Positions 49,193 to 58,186 of a stretch of DNA of 64,000 nt are shown here, piece after piece. The first letter of the stretch is position 1. Each line of letters starts with the position of its first letter. The stretch lies in contig CAWFXA010000002.1 in assembly GCA_963819655.1 (NCBI GenBank), positions 928,001 through 992,000 on the forward strand, read 5' to 3'. The translations under genes and the position numbers were made by a program. The notes beneath the pieces are model-generated. The model saw only the letters and a list, made by a program, of their open reading frames with translations. It was not told where the DNA came from and did no database searches. This DNA comes from an uncultured Chloroflexia bacterium (GTDB taxonomy: Bacteria; Chloroflexota; Limnocylindria; Limnocylindrales; CSP1-4).

Positions 49193-50153
49193 ACACCGGG
49201 GTGACGTCACACTGGTCGGCGGGGGAGACCGGCCGTTCGGCTACCGCCACGACCGACGAACCATCGAGCCGACCGAGTCGGCCGCGATCCGCGAGGCTGC
49301 CGCGCGCATCCGCGCAGGCGACAGCCTCCGCGCCGTCGCGTCCGACTGGAACGCTCGCGGGATCACGTCGGTGCGCGGTCGGCCGTGGACGGTCCAGGTC
49401 CTGCGCCGGATGCTCATGAGCGCCCGTCTGTCCGGCCAGCGCTCGTATCAGGGTGAGATCGTCGCCAAAGGCGACTGGCCACCGATCCTAACGCCCGAGG
49501 ACACGACACAGCTCCAGGCAATCCTCGGCGATCCCGCCCGGTTCACCCGTCGCACCGTCCGGCGATATCTGTTGTCGGGTGGCCTGCTCCGCTGCTCGTT
49601 GTGCGGCTCCGTACTGGTGGCTCGTCCACGCACCGATGGCACGCGCCGCTACGTATGCGCAAAGGGTCCGGGCCTGACCGGGTGCGGCCGTATCGCCGTC
49701 CTTGCCGAGCCCGTCGAGGAGTTGATCACCGGGGCCGTCCTCTATCGCCTCGACACGCCCGAACTCGCGGACGCGCTGGCAGGCAAGGCGATGGAGGATG
49801 CCGAGGCCGATGCCGCTCAAGCGTCTGTCGCCGCCGATAGAACCCAGCTTGAAGAACTGGCGCGCGCGTACGGCGAGCGCCAGATCACGTTCCCGGAATA
49901 CCTGGCCGCCCGGAAGCCGATCGAGACGCGCATCGAGGCCGGCCAGCGCAAGGTTAGCCGCCTGACGCAGACGAGCGCGCTCGCCGGTCATGTCGGCAAT
50001 GCAGCGGCGCTTCGGTCGGCCTGGGCCGACCTACCCCTGACGCGTCAGCGAGCCCTCGTGGCCGCCGTGCTCGACCGTGCGGTCGTTCGACCGGCGATCC
50101 GCGGTCGGACGCGCTTTGACTCCGACCGGATCATGCCCGAGTGGCGGCTCTGA
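49176..50153 (+). pseudogene. large serine recombinase lacking its N-terminal catalytic domain
   Basis: Starts at GGDRPFGY. Recombinase DNA-binding domain (SLRAVA..WN.RG...W, WPPIL), YLLSG.LLRCSLCG...YVC...C zinc ribbon, coiled coil, W..L...QRALV tail. No Y.R.S motif in the ORF. Confidence 0.85.
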
Positions 50154-50281
50154 CCCAGCAGCACGACGATCGTCGCGACCGTGTCCCGGTCGGTAACCTT
50201 GACCGGGACACCCTGCTCCGCGCACGTCCGTTCCGCCCATCGACGGGCGATCTCGCAGGCGTCAGCCTTGGTCACGCCCAT
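50045..50281 (-). CDS. small protein coupled to Rep and antisense-overlapping the recombinase 3' end (candidate RDF)
   Basis: MGVTKADACEIARRWAERTCAEQGVPVKVTDRDTVATIVVLLG... Its start overlaps the Rep stop codon. Confidence 0.55.
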   Translation of the reverse strand: MGVTKADACEIARRWAERTCAEQGVPVKVTDRDTVATIVVLLGQSRHSGMIRSESKRVRPRIAGRTTARSSTAATRAR

Positions 50282-50748
50282 GACGCCCACAGCGCGGGCG
50301 GTCCGTCCCACGCTTGCTCGTCCCGCGACCGCCAGACCCGCTCAGCTGGGGCGCCCATGTACGTCTCGGCCCAGTCGATGACCTCGTCGGCCGACGTGCC
50401 GTGGATGGGCACCCCGCGCGGCTGGAACCCTTGCGCGACCTCGTAGCGATGGAGCCCGGACGGCTGGCCGCCTAGCGCCAGGTCCTTGCCGACGTACTTC
50501 GCGAGGTAGCGCGCGGCCAAACGTGCCTCGCCGAGTGACCCTGAGCCGACCGGCAGATCGCCGAGCAGCTTGATGTGGACGTGCCCGCGGCCCCATGCCC
50601 GCTTGATGTCTCCGTGGGCGATCCAGCGCCCGACGGCGAAATGCGCATGGAGGCCGTGCCCACCGGGGTGCCATTCCGGCGCCCACAGGTACGGGAGTGG
50701 CTCGCCTACCGCCCCGCGGAGTCGCCATGCGTGCACCCATACGCCCAA
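50272..50748 (-). pseudogene. rolling-circle HUH replication initiator, N-terminally truncated
   Basis: PYLWAPEWH..GHGLHAHF (HUH motif 2), W..G.V.I, and ARYLAKYVGK (motif 3 Tyr). No motif 1 upstream. Confidence 0.8.
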
Positions 50749-50883
50749 GCTGATGCGCTGCCGCTCGATCCGGCGATCGAGCCGGTTTCGATCTCCAAGG
50801 CCAACGCCGAGGAACAGCGCGCGATCGACCTATGCATCTCCTTCGCAGCGTCTGCCAACTCCGAGCCGAGATCGGAGGCCGAG

Positions 50884-51321
50884 TTACCCGAGGAACGGGG
50901 CCGGCTCCCCAGACTCCGCGTATGCCTTCAGGGCTCCGACGATCCGGCCCCACGTGTAGTTCACCCGCGCGTACTCGTCGTCGGGATAGTCGGCACCCCA
51001 GCCATCGTGCACGAAGGCCAGCGCCGTCCCGTGCCCGGACGGCGCTGGCGTGAGCGTCCAGCTGACCGTCGTCCCGGCCCAGTGAGGAAAGTCGCCGAGA
51101 CATGACCAGCGGACCTGCTGGCCCGGGCTCAGCTCATCGATCTGCATTCGCAGGTCGACGGGCGCTGATGGGAACCCGAACCGGGCGATCGAGCCAACCG
51201 CCGGCTCGACGTCGCAATCCGACGTCCAGAAGGCGGCTTCACCAGCCTGCGTGGTGATGGCTTCGTAGATCCGTTGTGCGTCGCTGTCCACGTCCACGGT
51301 GTGGAGCATCGGTCCGGTCAT
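50884..51321 (-). CDS. SRPBCC/AHSA1-like protein
   Basis: IYEAITT..G...FW, VRWSC, WAGT, FVHDGW, W...LKAYAESG. Confidence 0.85.
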   Translation of the reverse strand: MTGPMLHTVDVDSDAQRIYEAITTQAGEAAFWTSDCDVEPAVGSIARFGFPSAPVDLRMQIDELSPGQQVRWSCLGDFPHWAGTTVSWTLTPAPSGHGTALAFVHDGWGADYPDDEYARVNYTWGRIVGALKAYAESGEPAPFLG

Positions 51322-51791
51322 GGTTGATCTCCTGCTTGTTGCGATGTTTCGTCATCGAACCTCGCCTCGAGGCGTCGGCCGAGTTGGCGAAGGTCCGCCT
51401 CCAGGCTTCTCTTGATCTGGCGGCTCACGATCGGCCGCGCTAGACGCATCACCAAGCCGTATCCGCCGGTGACTCGCAGCCGTACCCGTGAGCCGGCTCC
51501 CTCGGGTTCGACGCCATAGGTCACCCCCATCGGAAACGGGGCCTTGACCGACTCCATGACCAGGAGACGGTCCGGGATGTGCTCCACGACCCGCAGCACG
51601 TAGTCGATCTGTCGACCCATGAACCTGGCCACTCGATGGGTCTCGGTGCCGACGGCCACAGGTGCGGTCGGCGGGTCGACCCGCTCGATCCCGGTGATCC
51701 AGGCGGGGTCGTGATGCGGGTCGAACATGTAAGCCGCGACGTCGTCTGGCGACCTGGCCACGTGGGCATCCACTCGGACATCGAACGGCAT
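51318..51791 (-). CDS. SRPBCC protein
   Basis: AGGAGG RBS; VAAYMFDP.HDPAW, ARFMGRQI.Y, PFPM, DLRQL. Confidence 0.82.
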   Translation of the reverse strand: MPFDVRVDAHVARSPDDVAAYMFDPHHDPAWITGIERVDPPTAPVAVGTETHRVARFMGRQIDYVLRVVEHIPDRLLVMESVKAPFPMGVTYGVEPEGAGSRVRLRVTGGYGLVMRLARPIVSRQIKRSLEADLRQLGRRLEARFDDETSQQAGDQP

Positions 51792-51869
51792 TGGGCTCCT
51801 CCTTGTTTTAGCCGTGGCTATAGTAGCGACCATGGCGCACCTATTCAAGTGAGCGCTAAAGTACGTGGC

Positions 51870-52175
51870 GTGGATGTGATCACGGCCATCGCTGCGCCGC
51901 GGAGGCGCGAGATCCTGCACCTCATCTGGGATCGCGAGTTGAGCGCGGGCGACATCGCTGCGGCTCTCCCGGTCACCTTCGGCGCTGTCTCGCAGCACCT
52001 ACAGATCCTGCGCGACGCCGGCATCGTCGACGTTCGCCAGGAGGGCACCTACCGCTACTACCGCGCCAACCAGGAGCGCATCGGCCCCCTGGCGGCCGTC
52101 CTCGAAGCGTATTGGACGGACGCTCTCGACCGGCTCGCCGACGCAGCCGAACGCGATGAGACGGCAGCAACGTGA
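51870..52175 (+). CDS. ArsR/SmtB-family regulator
   Basis: AIAAPRRREIL...AGDIA...AVSQHL.ILRDAG.V...GTYRYY. TAAAGT 7 nt before the GTG. Confidence 0.9.
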   Translation: MDVITAIAAPRRREILHLIWDRELSAGDIAAALPVTFGAVSQHLQILRDAGIVDVRQEGTYRYYRANQERIGPLAAVLEAYWTDALDRLADAAERDETAAT

Positions 52176-52633
52176 GCGCGCAGGTCGTTAGGATCATGGT
52201 GACCCGCCGGATCCGAGCACTGCCCGAGCGGGTCTACGGGTTCTTCACCGATGCCGCACTTTGGGCTAGTTGGCAGGGCACCTCGGCCACCGTCGACCCT
52301 CGCCCTGGCGGCATCCTGCAGATCGCGATGGGCCCGGACGGCACGGGATTGGCCGAAGGACGCTTCGTGGAGTTGGAACCCTTCGAGCGGATCGTCTTCA
52401 CCTGGGGATGGGCGAGCAGTCCCCTCTCGAGCCTGCCGCCGGGCTCCACCGTCGTCACGATCCACCTCCGTGCCGACGGCGATGGGACGATCGTGACGCT
52501 GACCCACGATTCGCTGCCCCCGAGCGAGCGCGACATCCACGAGGCCGGATGGTCGCTCTATCTGGACCGACTCGTGATGGTTGGCGAAGGCGGCGATCCG
52601 GGTCCCGATCCGTCTCTTGCGGGAACGGAGTAG
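52172..52633 (+). CDS. SRPBCC/AHSA1 protein
   Basis: PERVY.FFTD, DPRPGG, ERIVFTWGW, LTH, HEAGW..YLDRL. GTGA overlap with the ArsR gene. Confidence 0.88.
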   Translation: MSAQVVRIMVTRRIRALPERVYGFFTDAALWASWQGTSATVDPRPGGILQIAMGPDGTGLAEGRFVELEPFERIVFTWGWASSPLSSLPPGSTVVTIHLRADGDGTIVTLTHDSLPPSERDIHEAGWSLYLDRLVMVGEGGDPGPDPSLAGTE

Positions 52634-52660
52634 TCGCGGCCGCGGCGTTACGATCCGACG

Positions 52661-53155
52661 ATGACGAGGCTCCCGGATGGTTTTGAGGTCCAGGGTCCGG
52701 TCCAAGCCGAGGTCTTCGTCGTTTGGCTTGCCGGCGATCACCTCGAACTGACCGGTCCGTGCGGCGCCGCTCCCTGGCTGATCGAACTCGGGTCGGAGGA
52801 CCATCCGGTCGATGTCGTGACCCGGATCGTCAGCGAAGAGGTCGGCGTGCCGCTCCTCGTCCATTCCACATCCTGGCGGCGCGACCGCGAGGCAGTCATC
52901 CTCAGTTTCGTCGCGGTGATCGACCGGGGCCTCGTCGGATCGATGGCGAGCCTGCCGATCGAGCGAGCCGCGTTGGCGCGCGGGGAAGCCACGGCGGCTC
53001 CCCAGGACATCGCGACGACGCAGGTCGTCGAGCATGGGTTGCGACACATGGCCTGGCTGGCCGAGGACGATCCGGTGGTCGCGGCCAGACTGTCTCCGGA
53101 CTGGCGCGCCGTCCTCTCGACCTATGTCCCAGAGCCGTTCCGCAATCTCGGCTGA
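52661..53155 (+). CDS. hypothetical protein (possibly degenerate NUDIX-like fold)
   Basis: Co-oriented in the ArsR operon; HSTSWR and EHGLRHMAWL...DP segments. Confidence 0.7.
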   Translation: MTRLPDGFEVQGPVQAEVFVVWLAGDHLELTGPCGAAPWLIELGSEDHPVDVVTRIVSEEVGVPLLVHSTSWRRDREAVILSFVAVIDRGLVGSMASLPIERAALARGEATAAPQDIATTQVVEHGLRHMAWLAEDDPVVAARLSPDWRAVLSTYVPEPFRNLG

Positions 53156-53167
53156 AGGGAGCGCCCA

Positions 53168-53377
53168 GTGGATAGCGAGATCATCACGGTGCGTTGTGTC
53201 TGTGGCTGGGAAACGTCTGGCACCGAGTCGGATGTCGTAGGGGCCACCGCGGACCACGGTCGCCGACTGCACAACATGACGCCGACGCGCGACGAAGTCC
53301 TCGCCATGGCCGTCGAGGCAAGGCAAGGGCAGGAGGTGCCCGTCAAGCAGCCCGGTCCAGGCGGTGTGGTTCGTTAG
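53168..53377 (+). CDS. DUF1059-like small metal-binding protein
   Basis: GGAG RBS; CVCGW...G.E.DVV...H...H pattern. Confidence 0.7.
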   Translation: MDSEIITVRCVCGWETSGTESDVVGATADHGRRLHNMTPTRDEVLAMAVEARQGQEVPVKQPGPGGVVR

Positions 53378-53406
53378 CGATTCCCAGTAGCTGGCGCGAC
53401 GGTTGC

Positions 53407-53688
53407 TTAGCCTTTGCCGACGTCGCTGATCTCGACGTCGGCCTCGTCTCCGACCGCCAGGTGCGAGGCAGCCATCATCGCCTTGCTGACGCTGAGCGCG
53501 AGACGCCCGCCGCCCGCCGGCATGACGCTAGACGCGAACGCCTCTCCGGCGAGCGACCCTCGGACGCGCTGCTGCTTGAGGCCGCCGAGGGCAGGAACGT
53601 GTTCGGCGGGGATGTCGACGACGGCCAGGCCGCTGCCTTTTGCAGGGTCCCAGTAGTGGATAGTTCCGGGGAAGCGGATGCGGTCCAT
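53407..53688 (-). CDS. DUF1905-like protein
   Basis: VDIP...RVRGSL.G..F.SSVMP.GGG...L.V.K...VGDE. Confidence 0.75.
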   Translation of the reverse strand: MDRIRFPGTIHYWDPAKGSGLAVVDIPAEHVPALGGLKQQRVRGSLAGEAFASSVMPAGGGRLALSVSKAMMAASHLAVGDEADVEISDVGKG

Positions 53689-53734
53689 TCCAGAGCAAGC
53701 CAACCTCCGTCGTCGGCCCGTGTCAAGCCGACCG

Positions 53735-54946
53735 TCAGCCGATCGTCCGTGCCGCCCGTCGACGCTCCTCGAGGAAGAGGCGCTCGGCGTCGCTAGCAGC
53801 CAGGGTCGCGGCGCGCTGGTAGGCATCGCTCGCATGATCGTCGCGTCCGAGCCGTCGAAACAGGTCGGCGCGGGCGGCGTGGTAGAGGTGGTACTCGTCG
53901 AGGTCCAGTTCGTCGAGGACGTCAAGGGCGGCCTGGGGACCTCGCACCTCGCCCATGGCGATGGCTCGGTTCATCGCGACCACGGGCGTCGGGGTCATCG
54001 ACAGCAAATGGTCGTACAGGGCCAAGATCTGGCTCCAGTCGGTCGCGTCGAACGTGTCTGCGTCGGCGTGGACCGCAGAAATCGCTGCCTGGATTTGGTA
54101 CGGCCCCGGCTGATTGCGGCGGAGACACGCTCGCACGATCGCCTGGCCCTCCTGGATCAGAGCCCGGTCCCACGTCGACCGGTCCTGATCCCGTAGAAGC
54201 ACGAGCCGCCCATCCTCACCGAAGCGAGCCCGCCAGCGGGATTCCGCCAGCAGGAGCAGTGCCAAGAGCCCAGCGACCTCCGCCTCGTCGGGCATGAGGG
54301 CGTTGATGCTCCGCGCCAGCCGGACCGCCTCGTGGCGCAGGTCATCTCCGGAGGGCCCGTTCGTCCCGGCGTTGTACGTCAGGTACAGCACGGCCAGCAC
54401 CGGTCGGAGCCGCCCGGGCAGTTCAGCCTCGCTCGGGACTCGATAGGGGATGTGGGCCGCACGGATCTTGTGTTTGGCGCGGACCAGTCGCTTGGCCATC
54501 GTCGCCTCTGCGACCAGGAAGGCGCGGGCCACCTCCCCCGTGGTCAGGCCGCCGAGCAGCCGAAGGGTAAGGGCGATCTGCGCCTCCGTGGCGAGCGACG
54601 GGTGGCAACACGTGAAGATCAGGCGGAGTCGGTCGTCCTGCACAGCCCCGGTCTCCTCTCCTGGACGATCGTCGGTGTCATCGGCCACCTGGGTCAGCAG
54701 TTCGCGACCGCGCGACTCCCGACGCAGGTGATCGATCGCCCGATTGCGCGCGGTCGTCGTGATCCAGCCACCGGGGTTGGGAGGCAATCCGCCCGCGGGC
54801 CACTTCCGAAGGGCGAGGGCGAACGCCTCCTGGACGGCATCCTCGGCCAAGTCGATGTCGCCGAAGATACGGATCAGGGTGGCGACCGACCGACCGGACT
54901 CCTCGCGGAAGATCCGGCCGATCAGCGCGTCATCGACGATCGGCAA
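53735..54946 (-). CDS. ECF sigma factor with long C-terminal TPR-like extension (ECF42-type)
   Basis: LAEDAVQEAF, TARNRAID, DDRLRLIFTCCHP, EVARAFLV, LRDQDRSTW, GPYQIQAAI. Confidence 0.92.
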   Translation of the reverse strand: MPIVDDALIGRIFREESGRSVATLIRIFGDIDLAEDAVQEAFALALRKWPAGGLPPNPGGWITTTARNRAIDHLRRESRGRELLTQVADDTDDRPGEETGAVQDDRLRLIFTCCHPSLATEAQIALTLRLLGGLTTGEVARAFLVAEATMAKRLVRAKHKIRAAHIPYRVPSEAELPGRLRPVLAVLYLTYNAGTNGPSGDDLRHEAVRLARSINALMPDEAEVAGLLALLLLAESRWRARFGEDGRLVLLRDQDRSTWDRALIQEGQAIVRACLRRNQPGPYQIQAAISAVHADADTFDATDWSQILALYDHLLSMTPTPVVAMNRAIAMGEVRGPQAALDVLDELDLDEYHLYHAARADLFRRLGRDDHASDAYQRAATLAASDAERLFLEERRRAARTIG

Positions 54947-54949
54947 GGT

Positions 54950-55312
54950 TCAGCCGCCTGCCGTGTCCACGAATGGCCAGACCTCGATCGGCGAGGAGAT
55001 GAGTTGCGTCACCTTTGCCGCCCAACCAAGCGCTTCGTCGAGATCGGACGCCTCGATGATGTAGAAGCCGGCGATGTGCTCCTTCGCCTCGACAAACGGA
55101 CCGTCCGTCGTCACGACTTCGCCGTCGGATACGCGGACCACCGTTGCCGTGTCGGGGTCATGCAGGCGGGCCGAGAAGACCCAGGCACCCGCCGACTTCA
55201 TCTCCGCCTCAAGTGCCTGGATCGGTTCCCATGCCCGCTGCATCTCCTCGTCGGTGATCGGCTCACGGGTCGCTCCAGCGGTGCTGTGCGTGGATAGCAG
55301 GTATCGCGGCAT
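54950..55312 (-). CDS. YciI/DGPF-domain protein
   Basis: TTDGPFVEAKEHIAGFYII, IEVWP. The usual partner upstream of ECF42 genes. Confidence 0.92.
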   Translation of the reverse strand: MPRYLLSTHSTAGATREPITDEEMQRAWEPIQALEAEMKSAGAWVFSARLHDPDTATVVRVSDGEVVTTDGPFVEAKEHIAGFYIIEASDLDEALGWAAKVTQLISSPIEVWPFVDTAGG

Positions 55313-55515
55313 GAGGTGCTCCTCGGGTCGGCTGGCTTGCCCAGCCTCTCACCTCCCTACGAATGGCGTGCGGCCAGATGGACAGCCGCGTGCTCGAGAT
55401 GCGGCGTTGCACTCCACGCGGGTCATGTCGCCGGCTACGATCCGAGCGACGTATACAGACTGTGCGCAGCGCGACGTGGAGCTGGATACGACTCGATGGG
55501 GTGAAGGGAGCCGCT

Positions 55516-55791
55516 ATGTACGCCGTCGTGGTTCGAGAGACCGGACAACGTGAGGCGATCGAGGGCAGCGGGGAGCTTCTCACGGCGAACCTGTTGCCCC
55601 GTGTGCGTGAGGCGCCGGGGGTAGTCTCGGCCTCCTTCATGTCGGACGGGGAGGGCGCGACCCTGAACGTACTCGTCTTCGAAAGTGAGGAAGCAGCGCG
55701 AGCCGCTCTCCAGCTAACCCGCAATGCCCCACGTCCAGGGTTCCTCGAGCTGGAGAGCGCCGACGTCTACCGGGTGCTCGCGCACTTCTGA
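55516..55791 (+). CDS. small ferredoxin-like/ABM-like hypothetical protein
   Basis: GGGAG RBS; PRVREAPGVVS...VFESEEAA...YRVLAH. Confidence 0.65.
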   Translation: MYAVVVRETGQREAIEGSGELLTANLLPRVREAPGVVSASFMSDGEGATLNVLVFESEEAARAALQLTRNAPRPGFLELESADVYRVLAHF

Positions 55792-55825
55792 TGACTCGAC
55801 CTCGCGGCGCCATTCGATTCGCAGG

Positions 55826-56266
55826 CTACAGAGACCCCACCCCGATGACCGGGATCTCGAAGTCCACCAGTCGGATCCCAGTGGACGGGTCCCACGCCGT
55901 CGCGATCAACGTTCCCCTCTGGACCCATCCGGCGAAGAATGCCGTCGGCGAGAAGCGCACCACTGCATAGCAACTCTCCCCGGCCGCGAGAGTCGCGCCT
56001 GGAGTGAGGGCTGGGCAGGTCGAGCCTGGCATGAGGCCGAAGCCGAAGTCGTCGGGCAGGCCTCCGCTCACCAGCAGAAGCACGTCCGCGCCACTCGTGT
56101 TGGTGATCTTGGTTCGCTTGTAGTTCTCGGTTCCGACCTGCCGTTTGTGGAAATCGATCGTCGATGGACGGGCGGTCAGGACGCCCGGTTGTGCCGCGGA
56201 AACCGCCCCGACCGCGGCGCTCAGGATCAGGCTCCCGGCCATGAGAATGGCAACCATCCGGCTCAT
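55826..56266 (-). CDS. secreted Ig-like beta-sandwich protein
   Basis: Signal peptide; P..IDF...VG...ITNTS...F...TC...LAAGESC...VRFSP. Confidence 0.7.
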   Translation of the reverse strand: MSRMVAILMAGSLILSAAVGAVSAAQPGVLTARPSTIDFHKRQVGTENYKRTKITNTSGADVLLLVSGGLPDDFGFGLMPGSTCPALTPGATLAAGESCYAVVRFSPTAFFAGWVQRGTLIATAWDPSTGIRLVDFEIPVIGVGSL

Positions 56267-56433
56267 CGCGACGGCTCCCTCGAGGGGTGACGGGATCAGG
56301 TGTTGGACGGCCCTCTTCGATGGATTGTCCGATCCTCCGCACGGCGAGTCCAGTACTTTCGTCCCATCCCGGTGCCTCCGGACACCAGGCACGTAGTCGT
56401 CCGGAAGCCCTGGTTCCCGGGTAGACTCCGAGC

Positions 56434-57729
56434 GTGCCAGCGCCGGGCGAGACCGTGGTCGTTGTCGTCGCGATCGGGCTCGCCATCCTGTTATCTGTCC
56501 TGTTGTCCGTGCGCGTCCTGACCGCCGTCCCTGGCTGGGTCCGTCGGGCCCGCACGCCCGAGACGCGCGCGCTCCGCGTCATCGGTGTCGGTGGCGGCGG
56601 CAGCAACGCGGTCGATCGGATGGTCCAGGCGCGGATCCAGGCGGTCAGTTTCGTGAGCTGCAATACGGATGCCCAGGCTCTGCGTCGCTCGAGCGCGAAG
56701 ACGAAGCTCCGGATCGGTGACTCGATCACGGGCGGCCTCGGTTCTGGCGGAGACCCGGAGATCGGGCGTCGGGCTGCCGAGGAGGACCACGATAGGATCG
56801 CTCGCGCCGTTCACGGCGCAGACCTTGTCTTCGTCACCGCCGGTCTTGGCGGTGGAACGGGATCCGGCGCCGCGCCGATCGTCGCTGCCAGCGCCAGGGA
56901 TCAAGGCGCCCTGACGATCGCGGTCGTGACCAAGCCATTCGGTTTCGAGGGATCGCAACGGAAGCGCGTCGCCGACACCGCGGCGGCCGAGCTTGCCGCG
57001 AATGTCGACGTCCTGATCGTCGTGCCGAACGATCGTGTCGGCGACGTTCTCGCCGAGGACGCCACCATGGTCGATGCGTTCCGAGTCGTCGACGACGTCC
57101 TGCTGCAGACTGTCCAGGGGATCATCGACCTGATCGCCGCGCAGGGGTTGATCAATCTCGACTTCGCCGATATCCGGTCCGTGATGAAGGACGCCGGTCC
57201 TGCGGTCATCGGCCTGGGTCGTGGCAGCGGCGAGCACCGTGCGATCGACGCGGCTCGTCAGGCGATCGCCAGCCCGCTTCTCGAAGCGAACATCGATGGC
57301 GCTCGCGGGATCCTGTTCAATATCTCCGGCCCGGCCGACCTCGGATTGCGCGAGGTCCGGCTGGCGGCCGACGAGATCCGCGGGCGCGCCGATGCCGACG
57401 CGAACGTCATCTTCGGGACGACCTTCAGCGAATTGCTCGGCGAGGACGTTCTCATCACCCTGATCGCGACTGGGCTGAACGGGCAGGATCGGACCCAGAA
57501 GCCGGCGGTGGAGGCTTCCTCGAACGGTGGCCATCCTCCGGTAGCCGGGGAGGTGCGGCCGCCGAGGCGTTCGGCGCGGACGGTCAAGGAGGCGTCCCCT
57601 GTGGATGCGCCTGCGTCGCCGGTCGAGGCTTCCGATCAGGCACCACAGCCATCGCCGACTCCGGATGACGATGACACCGAGGTGCCGAGTTTCCTGCGCC
57701 GGACGGGGCAACCTCCTGGCGTCACGTGA
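56434..57729 (+). CDS. ftsZ: FtsZ with an N-terminal hydrophobic (TM) extension
   Basis: VIGVGGGGSNAVDRM, NTDAQAL, GLGSGGDP, AGLGGGTGSG, TKPF.FEG, PND, T7 loop LINLDFAD, N.IFG, LIATG, and the C-terminal peptide EVPSFLR. Confidence 0.95.
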   Translation: MPAPGETVVVVVAIGLAILLSVLLSVRVLTAVPGWVRRARTPETRALRVIGVGGGGSNAVDRMVQARIQAVSFVSCNTDAQALRRSSAKTKLRIGDSITGGLGSGGDPEIGRRAAEEDHDRIARAVHGADLVFVTAGLGGGTGSGAAPIVAASARDQGALTIAVVTKPFGFEGSQRKRVADTAAAELAANVDVLIVVPNDRVGDVLAEDATMVDAFRVVDDVLLQTVQGIIDLIAAQGLINLDFADIRSVMKDAGPAVIGLGRGSGEHRAIDAARQAIASPLLEANIDGARGILFNISGPADLGLREVRLAADEIRGRADADANVIFGTTFSELLGEDVLITLIATGLNGQDRTQKPAVEASSNGGHPPVAGEVRPPRRSARTVKEASPVDAPASPVEASDQAPQPSPTPDDDDTEVPSFLRRTGQPPGVT

Positions 57730-57882
57730 GTCCCGGCCCGGTACGCGAACAGACGGCGTCGGCCAATCGTGGATCGGCGGTCGGTTCGTCGGTCGTGGGC
57801 ATTTGACCTGGCGCGGACAATTGAGGTCACCGCGGTCCCGCGCCGCATGACCCCGATCTCGTGGCGCGCCAAGGAGAGCCTG

Positions 57883-58164
57883 ATGCAGGCACCGAGCCCG
57901 TTCCCGGCCAGCGTCCTACGGCCTCCGTCCCCCTCGGCGCGCTGCACCTGCAAACATTGGGTCTATTGCGATTGCACGTGTCACGGCCGGTACTGCGATC
58001 CGTCCGAGAACATGTGCGACCTCGCCTTCCTGCCCGACGACGGCGGCCTCGCCTATTGGGGCTGCGCGGGTTGCACACCCGGTGAGGGGGCGCTGCACTA
58101 TCTCGGATGCGAGCTGATCGGCTGGAACGTGCCACTCGGAGGCACCCCGGAAACCCCGCAGTAA
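57883..58164 (+). CDS. small Cys-rich protein
   Basis: AAGGAG RBS; 93 aa with 10 Cys and 3 His. Confidence 0.7.
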   Translation: MQAPSPFPASVLRPPSPSARCTCKHWVYCDCTCHGRYCDPSENMCDLAFLPDDGGLAYWGCAGCTPGEGALHYLGCELIGWNVPLGGTPETPQ

Positions 58165-58186
58165 CCTGATCTCGGAGGATCACCGG

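Larger units (their letters stand above)
49165..50748. mobile_element. relic of a small integrative rolling-circle element
   Basis: Convergent serine recombinase and HUH Rep with a small intervening ORF; both large genes are truncated. Confidence 0.7.

Noticed and set aside
50733-50755. Possible fifth degenerate site near the Rep breakpoint (GCACCCA-TACGCCCA-AGCTG)
   Set aside because: The spacer matches site C at 6 of 8 positions, but the right arm does not match and the left arm needs a deletion. Too weak without a PWM score.
53735-55312. ECF sigma plus DGPF pair as a novel system
   Set aside because: It matches the already described ECF42/DGPF arrangement.
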